From: Mytilus trossulus
Taxonomy: Eukaryota
Length of the DNA stretch: 64,000 bases
Assembly: GCF_036588685.1 (NCBI RefSeq)
Contig: NC_086381.1
Span: 22,134,001-22,198,000, forward strand
Reading direction: 5' to 3'
The position numbers and the translations under genes are program-made. A model generated the notes under the pieces. It was not told the origin of the DNA. It was given only the letters and a program-made list of their open reading frames with translations, and ran no database searches. Below, piece by piece: positions 26,740 through 36,737 of this stretch (its first letter is position 1; the number at the start of each line of letters is the position of its first letter).

Positions 26740-27462
26740 ATGTAAGACAGACATATACTCCACTCAGCTTTACCCATATAAGAACTTGTAAACTTTCACC
26801 CCTGATTTATCAGTATTAATGAGATCATATTCATAAAAGTTCCAAATTACTACATGGACATGATAATGAAGTTCAGGTCAATTTGCCATATTTCCTTATA
26901 GCACACAGTCTTGTATATATACCACCTTTATACACAATACTTGAGTCGCATAACTTCACAGGCTGTGAAAAGGTAGTGGACATATACACATTAAATAATG
27001 GCAATATTTGTATGCCGAACTCTGTACTCGGATTCTTCGTTAAAAAAGTTACCAAGGGCAAATGATTGACTCTCTAGGATTAGAAACAGGCTTCCCTGAT
27101 ATTTTTTTTCTACATGCTGAAGAAAAAGAAGTATACTTATTAAAACTATGACGATTGTGCATATACAAGCTGAAAGTTTAAATTTTTTATATACTTGATA
27201 GCTCGGAATTCTGTTTGTTCACAGTAATTTTAAAGTAGTATTTGTCGTAATATATGTACGTAAATGCGAATCTTGAAAAATCTAGAAAAGAAAAGGGGGT
27301 AGGATGTTGAAACAGAAAAATCAAACATATCTACTGACAGTTAACAATTTATTTTATTTAATATTCAACTAAAATCAGAGAGAGTGTTAAAAGATTTTAA
27401 AAGATATTGGAGTATACTTTGAAACGAAATATATTAAAATATACACAATTAAATCAAAAGTT

Positions 27463-29580
27463 CTATTTCCCATGGCGCATAATTTCAAACTCTTGTTGTA
27501 CTCGTTGCCACCCATAGAAGGCTTGCAAAACTTTCACAACTACAAGTTTTGCAGAGCTTGCGAAGTTTTCATGGTTATTGAAAACGAATTCAACCATTGT
27601 TTTTAAATCAAAATCTATAAACGTCAGTGTTTGGTGTTCAAATTTGTCTTTCGGTCCAGTGCTAAATATATCTTTCAAACTATTGGCACTTATTCTATGC
27701 TTTGCATCTATTCTTTCATCTGTTAAATCTACAAAACCACATAATCCCCATTCATGAGTGTCGAATTTCAAGTAAACTGTTGTCAAACAAATAGCATCTA
27801 AGTCACTTCCTGAAAGTTCGAGCCCAAGTTCCTCTTTCAGTCCGCGTGCTGCAGTATTGACTAAGTCAACATACGTTTCACCGTTGTGTATCTTGTAGTC
27901 CGGTTTAGATGCACTTTCGACGGCTCCACAAGTGAATTTTCCTGGCGCAGCCATTCCTTCTCTTTGAACACGACGTGGAAATAAAAACTTTTGAGGTTTA
28001 CCGGGACCTTCATTTGTAAGGACTGCAACATGCAGACCAAACGTGTTACTAAAATATGGATGCACGTCCGCCTTTGAGGGAAGTTCCTCAATCTTTTGCT
28101 GATTTGAAAAATCAATCCATATCTTTCTCATAGCCCTATGATGAATATATTCAGACTCTTTGAATTTGAATTCAATTAGTTGGTTTTCTTCTTCACCGGG
28201 TCTTGCAAATGCCAATCCCTTCAAAGCTACAGTAGGATTGTTGTCTATTACTTTTTTCCTTGCCATTGTCATAAATTCGTCCAGATTATCTATATAATCT
28301 TCCTCAAGATACCACTCATCTGGTCTGTCTCGATATGGAGCCTTTTCCACTTCAATGAGACATTTCAAATCCGAATGGTCGTATCCAGTTGGTCTCATTC
28401 CAGATTCATAGAAACCGATTTGTGACGCTTCTTTGTCAGTACACGAGTCAGCAACAAATATATCAGTCTTATCCATGAAGCCCCAACTAAAGAATTCGGC
28501 TTCGGTCTTCGGATCAGTAGGTAGTAGATAGGGATTATTTTCCAAACTGAAGAAATCTTTCAAAATTATTTCCGCTGTTGGCCTCAAATTTGGAATCTCT
28601 TGATGACACTTTGAAATCACATTTTTCAATGGACCAGCTAGAGTTTTAGGCAAATGAGGAAATGGAATGCTTGCTTGCTGATTTGTAAAGTCAGCAAGCG
28701 TATTCGTCGACATTGTATCATAAGGTCGTTCACCATTCAACATGAATGTCAATACATTCTTGAAGCAATATATGTCCGCCTTTTTATAATCTTCCAATGA
28801 CCATTTACGACCTAATACTTCAGGTGCACCCCATCTTACATGTGCAACGCTGGAACTGGCTATGGACCCGCTCATCCCCGATGACATCCTCTTATCTCGT
28901 GGAGGATTGGTGTTGATTTCATTACCGTGTGTTGCCAGACCAAAGTCTGCCAGTTTTACGACGACTCTCCTCGGGCCAACCTCCAGAAGAATATTATCCG
29001 GTTTAAGATCGCGATGAGCGATGTTCAGGTTATGGAGATAGTTCAATGCACTAATGATCTGCTGTCCAATATTCCAAACCATATCGTAGCGAAGTCCTTT
29101 CCTTTCATGAACTCTCATCCCATCGACATACTTTAATAGGTTTTGATCTATATACTCCATAACCAGAAACATTATTTCACTTGTGTTTCCGTCACTTACT
29201 CGTATATTCATTTCTTGCGATTTTGTTTGTGATATATACCCATATCCTCGATATGCTATTATATTTTCATGGCTCAAGTCCTGCAGTATCTTTCCCTCTC
29301 GAATTTGTGATTTTGATTCTTCTTTAAATATTTTAACAGCAACCTTTGATCCCCCATATCTGCTGGTATATACACATCCAAAATGTCCAGACCCAATCTC
29401 TGCCCATTTTTTATCTAGATCATTCACGTCGACACGACGAACGATTCCTTTATTTTCCTGAGTTTTCGTATAGCCTTTGATGGCATCAAGTAGCTCTAGT
29501 GCTTGATCAATATTCTTTTCGGTACAGACTTTCCCGGTTAATGATTTAAGAAGACCTTCCAATTTATCAAATAACTCCAT
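27463..29580 (-). CDS. Protein kinase fused to a C-terminal divergent NUDIX-like domain; uninterrupted ORF, 705 aa
   Basis: Kinase motifs intact: IGSGHFGCVY, VAVK, LVMEY, HRDLKPDN, LADFG, RWGAPE, DIYCF. The C-terminal half has FGLHVAVLT...LFPRR...PGKFTCGAVES...AARGLKEELGL (Nudix-box-like) and later DKFEH. An in-frame TGA four codons upstream fixes the ATG. AATAAA lies on the minus strand at ~27348-27358. A likely 5'-UTR splice acceptor lies at ~29643. Confidence 0.85.
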   Translation of the reverse strand: MELFDKLEGLLKSLTGKVCTEKNIDQALELLDAIKGYTKTQENKGIVRRVDVNDLDKKWAEIGSGHFGCVYTSRYGGSKVAVKIFKEESKSQIREGKILQDLSHENIIAYRGYGYISQTKSQEMNIRVSDGNTSEIMFLVMEYIDQNLLKYVDGMRVHERKGLRYDMVWNIGQQIISALNYLHNLNIAHRDLKPDNILLEVGPRRVVVKLADFGLATHGNEINTNPPRDKRMSSGMSGSIASSSVAHVRWGAPEVLGRKWSLEDYKKADIYCFKNVLTFMLNGERPYDTMSTNTLADFTNQQASIPFPHLPKTLAGPLKNVISKCHQEIPNLRPTAEIILKDFFSLENNPYLLPTDPKTEAEFFSWGFMDKTDIFVADSCTDKEASQIGFYESGMRPTGYDHSDLKCLIEVEKAPYRDRPDEWYLEEDYIDNLDEFMTMARKKVIDNNPTVALKGLAFARPGEEENQLIEFKFKESEYIHHRAMRKIWIDFSNQQKIEELPSKADVHPYFSNTFGLHVAVLTNEGPGKPQKFLFPRRVQREGMAAPGKFTCGAVESASKPDYKIHNGETYVDLVNTAARGLKEELGLELSGSDLDAICLTTVYLKFDTHEWGLCGFVDLTDERIDAKHRISANSLKDIFSTGPKDKFEHQTLTFIDFDLKTMVEFVFNNHENFASSAKLVVVKVLQAFYGWQRVQQEFEIMRHGK

Positions 29581-30991
29581 ATTTCCTCTCCTTCATTTAA
29601 ACTTCCTGATAGGAAAATTGTACACGAAGAAAGGTCAATAACCTGAACTAAAAATAAACATTATTCGTTCTTATACTTGAAAATATTTATTTAGTTTTGA
29701 ATACTATGTCCTTAATATTATTTCACTTGATTTTAATTTTCCTTTTTTCGTCTTTTTTATTTAAAGAAATGTACGACCGTTAAACAACACGAGAAAAAAG
29801 AAGAAAAACCAAACAGTAATTTAAAAACAAACATGACAAATAAACTTAAACACACATTAAACAATTACCGTTTTACACAAATACAGTCACGAGTTGGCTA
29901 TGTTTTACGCCTAAAGATAATTTTAAGATATATTAAACTTTTGGGTCGAAAATTTAAAGTACCAGATTGAAAGGGGTTGGGCTATTTATTGATATCCTGA
30001 TATTGTCAAGTAGACATAGTTATTAGTCATATTCATATTCTACAAAACAGAAATACACTATCGAATCCCATAATAGAACTCATGAAGCAGAAAACAAGTT
30101 AATACTAGAACATGAAGTTTTTCTTTCCAAATGTCATGCACTAAAAGAAATTGAATAACAAAATTAACGAACTCTTTAAGAAATTTTTTACGGAAAGTCC
30201 CTACGCAAATGGCAAAATCAAAAAATCAAACGAATGGATAACGACTGACATACTCCTGACTTGTGACATACATTTTCTAATGTAGAAAATGGTGGATTAA
30301 ACCTGGTTTTATAGCTAGCATAATCTCTATATATTGACAGCGATGTGTTAACAAGAAAAACAGACATTATAGGTAAAAATGTCAAAAATAGGAGTATAGC
30401 AAGTAACATTGTTTTATAATCTTCATCACTATTATCAGAAACAAATATGTAAAAACTATCATCCAAATAGTTTTAAAATAGTGCTTTAATGCATAAAATA
30501 TTTTAAGATAATGTTTATCTCTATTTTGAAAGTGTTACAAATAAAATATAAGAAACAAAATATTCAGAAGTTGAACAAATAAAAAATGTTATTTTAAATC
30601 CAATTACTAGTATCACTAATTCACTAATGGAGAGGGAATATGTTTTGCAATATTTGTAAACGTAGATAACGCATAAACTGAAACCTTTTTTTCAGCTCAC
30701 AGTCAAGATCGAATTCAGTTTCAGACAAGTTAGAGAGCAAATATAGATTAATACCAAAATGTGTATAATAAACGCAGTGGTTGCTCTGAAGGTCCGACAG
30801 GCATTTTTATGTGCAATCCATGGTTTTTACCGAAGTATCCGTCTTTGAAGAAAATAATAAACATTATCCAGACGATGCCGTTGTTAAAAGGGTATATCAC
30901 ATCCCATAAGTCAGCACTCATTTTCTGAAAATAAAATATCAGACGTACGGTCCAGTATTATATTACATCATTGGCTCTACACATTTTATTA

Positions 30992-31040
30992 AGAGCGTTA
31001 CTGATGATGGTATATCTAGAAAAGTGCATTGGACGCATAC
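30992..31040 (+). ncRNA. Degenerate type I hammerhead ribozyme motif
   Basis: GCGTTA-CTGATGA-TGGTATATCTA-GAAA-AGTGCATT-GGACGC. Core boxes are intact and stem I GCGT/ACGC pairs, but stem III is mismatched. Confidence 0.45.
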
Positions 31041-31162
31041 CAGTTAAATTTTCTGTATCTGAAACTTTACGATCATTTGAAACATTAACGTTTGGCCAAC
31101 TTAATTTTACGTTTTTGGTTTTCTGTGATCTTCATCTTGATTATGCTTTGAAGCTGTCCTGT

Positions 31163-33502
31163 TGGAGCGCCATTTGTCAGTTTTGTATTGACGAATCACA
31201 CATCTTGCGTACCAAATCATTAGCATGATATCGATTTCTTTTTAATACTAATTTTATATGATTTGCTAAATATTTTTTGAAGTTTCTTAAACGTTCAAAG
31301 AGTTTTCGATTTTTTTCAGCTGGAATATACATGATATAAGATTATTATGATCTATCTTAACGATCGGGCGTTGCTGAAAATGTGTTTGATAGTATCATAA
31401 ATAGTAAAAAAGGCACCCTTTTAAGAAGACCCTACCACCAGACAAAGCTAGATAAACAACTACATGTACGTCAAAGAGAAGCTATTTGGTACACACTTGA
31501 TAACCCAGAAGTCAACAGCAAATGCTTCACAAGAACTATCATCGTATTAGATAAGGGCAGAAATAAAACAGCTCTTATGTACCATAGGTCAACAAAAAAC
31601 CCCTCCTACTAGTTTTGTAGGATTCATTCAACGTACAAAGAACATTTTATTTTGGACACACTTATGAAATAAAGGCAACAGTAGTATACCGCTGTTCAAA
31701 ACTCGTAAATCTATAGACAAAAAAACAAAATCGGCGTAACAAACTAATGGAGCGCCATTTGTCAGTTTTGTATTGACGAATCACACATCTTGCGTACCAA
31801 ATCATTAGCATGATATCGATTTCTTTTTAATACTAATTTTATATGATTTGCTAAATATTTTTTGAAGTTTCTTAAACGTTCAAAGAGTTTTCGATTTTTT
31901 TCAGCTGGAATATACATGATATAAGATTATTATGATCTATCTTAACGATCGGGCGTTGCTGAAAATGTGTTTGATAGTATCATAAATAGTAAAAAAGGCA
32001 CCCTTTTAAGAAGACCCTACCACCAGACAAAGCTAGATAAACAACTACATGTACGTCAAAGAGAAGCTATTTGGTACACACTTGATAACCCAGAAGTCAA
32101 CAGCAAATGCTTCACAAGAAGTATCATCGTATTAGATAAGGGCAGAAATAAAACAGCTCTTATGTACCATAGGTCAACAAAAAACCCCTCCTACTAGTTT
32201 TGTAGGATTCATTCAACGTACAAAGAACATTTTATTTTGGACACACTTATGAAATAAAGGCAACAGTAGTATACCGCTGTTCAAAACTCGTAAATCTATA
32301 GACAAAAAAACAAAATCGGCGTAACAAACTAATGGAGCGCCATTTGTCAGTTTTGTATTGACGAATCACACATCTTGCGTACCAAATCATTAGCATGATA
32401 TCGATTTCTTTTTAATACTAATTTTATATGATTTGCTAAATATTTTTTGAAGTTTCTTAAACGTTCAAAGAGTTTTCGATTTTTTTCAGCTGGAATATAC
32501 ATGATATAAGATTATTATGATCTATCTTAACGATCGGGCGTTGCTGAAAATGTGTTTGATAGTATCATAAATAGTAAAAAAGGCACCCTTTTAAGAAGAC
32601 CCTACCACCAGACAAAGCTAGATAAACAACTACATGTACGTCAAAGAGAAGCTATTTGGTACACACTTGATAACCCAGAAGTCAACAGCAAATGCTTCAC
32701 AAGAACTATCATCGTATTAGATAAGGGCAGAAATAAAACAGCTCTTATGTACCATAGGTCAACAAAAAACCCCTCCTACTAGTTTTGTAGGATTCATTCA
32801 ACGTACAAAGAACATTTTATTTTGGACACACTTATGAAATAAAGGCAACAGTAGTATACCGCTGTTCAAAACTCGTAAATCTATAGACAAAAAAACAAAA
32901 TCGGCGTAACAAACTAATGGAGCGCCATTTGTCAGTTTTGTATTGACGAATCACACATCTTGCGTACCAAATCATTAGCATGATATCGATTTCTTTTTAA
33001 TACTAATTTTATATGATTTGCTAAATATTTTTTGAAGTTTCTTAAACGTTCAAAGAGTTTTCGATTTTTTTCAGCTGGAATATACATGATATAAGATTAT
33101 TATGATCTATCTTAACGATCGGGCGTTGCTGAAAATGTGTTTGATAGTATCATAAATAGTAAAAAAGGCACCCTTTTAAGAAGACCCTACCACCAGACAA
33201 AGCTAGATAAACAACTACATGTACGTCAAAGAGAAGCTATTTGGTACACACTTGATAACCCAGAAGTCAACAGCAAATGCTTCACAAGAAGTATCATCGT
33301 ATTAGATAAGGGCAGAAATAAAACAGCTCTTATGTACCATAGGTCAACAAAAAACCCCTCCTACTAGTTTTGTAGGATTCATTCAACGTACAAAGAACAT
33401 TTTATTTTGGACACACTTATGAAATAAAGGCAACAGTAGTATACCGCTGTTCAAAACTCGTAAATCTATAGACAAAAAAACAAAATCGGCGTAACAAACT
33501 AA
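31163..33502 (+). repeat. Tandem array, 4 x 585 bp, near-identical, ABAB pattern
   Basis: Units start with TGGAGCGCCATT at 31163, 31748, 32333 and 32918. The only difference I found is C/G/C/G at 31536, 32121, 32706 and 33291. Confidence 0.95.
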
Positions 33503-33765
33503 AACTGAGGGTTACGCATTTAATAAAAGAGGAGAACAACGAAACAACTTTAAAATGTAACACAGACAGAAACGGACTAAGCATTAGACAAAATCCAATG
33601 ACAAGTATAACATCAACATCAAATACATAAATTTGGGATAGAAAAGTATCGTGACACGTCTTATAGTAATGTGAACTCACACTCAAATATAAGAGAAAAC
33701 AAACGACACAATGGAAACACAACGTTAACATGTAACACACACAGACACGAACTATAATATAACAA
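33422..33765 (+). repeat. Dispersed repeat (family D); its 5' end is captured in each tandem unit
   Basis: AAATAAAGGCAACAGTAGTATACCGCTGTTC...AAACTGAGGG. A homologous copy lies at ~59790-59950. Confidence 0.7.
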
Positions 33766-34869
33766 TTGAACACCCATAAATTAGTTCGGACGGAAAGTGT
33801 ACTGTTACGTTCTGCACATCCGACGGACATATTCCAGGTCTTACATTTCGCAATTGGGGTACTAAATTATAAACTGGGTGCCTTTGATAGCTTAACACAC
33901 CACTGTGTTGATGCCACTGCTGGTGGACGTTTAGTCTCCAAGGGTTTTACCAGCCCAGTAGTCAGCACTTCGGTGTTGATATGAATATCAATTATACCAA
34001 CTTTTATTAATTTACTGATTGTAAAAGTATGAATTATTCGAAATATTCAGGATTTTCTTACCCCAGTCATAGATGAAAAAACCTTAGCCGTATTTGGCAT
34101 AACATTTTAGAATTTTGGGTTATCAATGATCTTCAACTTTGTACTTGTTTGGCTTTTTGGTTATTTTGGTCTAAACGTAACTAGATAAGCCTGATATCTT
34201 TGATAACCGTTCCTATTAGAATTTCTTGACTTGAGCGAATAATTGTATATCCAAGGTCGATTTTTGACTGCCATGTGCAACTTAAAACATAAACAGTAAA
34301 ATCGACTGTAAGTTATATTTTCTTACTAAGACTGTGTTCATCTCATAATTGCATATACAAGGAGTTCCAGATGTTTTCAATTTAAACCTTAGCTTATAGA
34401 TACAAACACAGATTTCATTACATTTTGTTAACTGCAATGTACTAAACATTCTTCATACAAAAAATCAAAAAACTTTAGATAACAGTAGTTCATCGATGTT
34501 TTTCTGAAATTTATCTTCATTAGGAATGCTCAAAATCAATATTTGTAAGCTAAGGCTTTTTTTTTTTTAGATCCGATACATTTTGGAGTTATATCAACAA
34601 AAGAGATTAAAAAAAATATAACTAAAAGGGATACAAAAAAATAGGACCAAGGCAATCGAAGACAAGCTTTGCTTAAGGGACGTGAAACCTTAGTTTCCTA
34701 ATTAGTATGGGTTCTTAATTTCTTGAACGGACAATTTTAGAAAAGTTCGTTAGTAGTTGCGCCAGTTCTGAAATATTGACAACTGAAGAGAAATAACTTT
34801 GTAGACTGATAGTTCACCATCCAAATTTTCTGATTAGGTTGCATCATTATATACACCAGAAAAGAACAT

Positions 34870-35170
34870 AAACTAACATCAGACATGGCTTTCCTCGCCT
34901 CATTTGTAGACTTATACCTCGAATTTGACATTAGCGGTGATCTCAGTACAAGATTCTATGACAAACGAAACCATTTCAATTTTGAAATTATCTATTTCCC
35001 CTACCTTAGCAGCAAGATATTAACTTAACCTGCATGTATTTCCCACCTCATTTGATATTCAATAGCTTCCACTTTCTTTTCATACTTTATTAATATCACT
35101 TGTGTCTGAACAAAAAGTAAGGAACATCTTGTGCTTTTTATCAAACATTTAATCGAAGACACCAATACAT
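34870..35170 (+). pseudogene. Degenerate Penelope-like RT fragment
   Basis: Reads ASFVDLYLEFDISGDLSTRFYDKRNHFNFEIIYFPYLSS, homologous to the RT fragment at 58247-58660. Contains stops. Confidence 0.65.
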
Positions 35171-36429
35171 TATTGATAAGAGAGAGGCGAAAGGTACCCA
35201 GAGATACATTCAATCATTTTAGTCTAAAACAAAACATCATGGCTTAAAAGAAAAAAGACTTAGAGACATACAATATTACACAAAACACAAAACATGAAAC
35301 TAAAGACTTAGCAACACGAACCCACCAACAAATGGGGGTGATCTGCAATGATAAGCAGATCTTGCTCCAAATGTGGAACCCGATGACTATTTCATATCAA
35401 TTTCACAAATAAAAAACGATGTTTATCATCTTAATTACATTTTATAGTGATCTTTGTGAATGATCATCTTTCATGTTTAGCCCATTTTGGTAATACCCTT
35501 GTGGAGTGGGTCAGTACTTGCCCATCCCGCCATAGTGTTATTGTGCTGTGGTAAATTTTTGTATTCTTGTCATTTATTTTCACTTACATTCTTTGTCTTT
35601 ATGCCACTTTATTTTTCTTTGTTGACATAATTTTGTTTTTATAGTGATTACGTTTTTATCACAACGTTGACTACTGTTCCTCACAATTTCGACATGTTCT
35701 CCAAATATGTCTGATTGTTTTGTTTACACCTTGTTGTCAATATAATGGAATTGTACGCCACCGTTATACTAGAGAGAGGTTGGGCTAGCTATGAAACCAT
35801 GTTTTCCCACCATTTTCTGTAATAAGTGAGGAAAATGACAGTTTTTGCCATTCGTTTGATGTGTTTGCAATTCTATGTGATAACGAACTTTCCGTTTTGA
35901 TATTTTCTTTGAGTTCGGTATTTTTGTTATTTTGACTTTTTTCATTCGCAGTGGAATCGACCCATTGCTATTAAAACATGAAATTAAATATTTATAAATT
36001 TCAATCTTCCGATTATAATTAATTAATTTAATAATGACCAATTTACGAAAGTTGGTTTTTAATCATTTAAGAACCAGCTTCTGAGATAATTGTAACCTCG
36101 TGGACAGATAGGCCATACCCAGAGATAGCAGCCAAGCAAAAAATGAAACAACGCTTCATACATTGTAGAGAAAGAGAGTTTTTTTTCAGATTGCCATTCA
36201 TCTAGAAGGCTCATAGACAAAATTTGAAAGCCAATGATGTATCAGAACTGAGGCAATTGATGTGCTTTATAACCAAAAGGGACCTTTGAAAATTACAAAT
36301 TGATCTCAGGTCAGCATTACCTGAGTTGAAACCTTAGTTTTTTAATGATTTCTTAATGTGTTAAAGGGACCATTTTTGGTAGGTTTGCTATATAAATCAC
36401 GTGATTTTTATAGTATTAACCACTCGAGT

Positions 36430-36737
36430 AAATTTTACGGACGCCATCACGAGTTGGTTGACCGTTATGGAATAACCGTTTCACAAATGATATCGGATAT
36501 GTTCCTTACGTCGTAACTAACGGGTGCCATATGTGGAGTAGGATCTGCTTACCCTTCCGGAGCACCTGAGATTTCCAGTGTTTTTGGTTGGGTTCGTGTT
36601 GCTTATTCTTTAGTTTTCTATGTTGTGTCATGTGTACTATGGTTTTTCTGTTTGTCTTTTTAATTTTTAGCCATGGCGTTGTCAGTTTATTTTCGATTTA
36701 TGAGTGTTACTGTCCCTCTGGTATCTTTCGTCCTTCT
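36430..36737 (+). mobile_element. 3' end of the Penelope-like retroelement family
   Basis: Nearly matches 58600-58975 (GGACGCCATCACGAGTTGGTTGACCGTTATGG...GGTATCTTTCGTCC). Other copies at ~35184-35385 (-), ~48145-48243, ~48560-48830 and ~52315-52495 (-). Confidence 0.75.

Noticed and set aside
26780-27110. Possible decayed coding fragment downstream of the kinase gene
   Set aside because: Short frames with stops and no motif I can identify.
31382-33367. Four repeated 76-aa ORFs as a tandem gene family
   Set aside because: They start at GTG rather than ATG, show no recognisable domain, and are a by-product of the 585-bp DNA duplication.
31163-33502. Array as an active retrozyme multimer or a CRISPR-like array
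   Set aside because: The hammerhead relic has lost its catalytic boxes, unit boundaries are not at the cleavage site, and there are no unique spacers.
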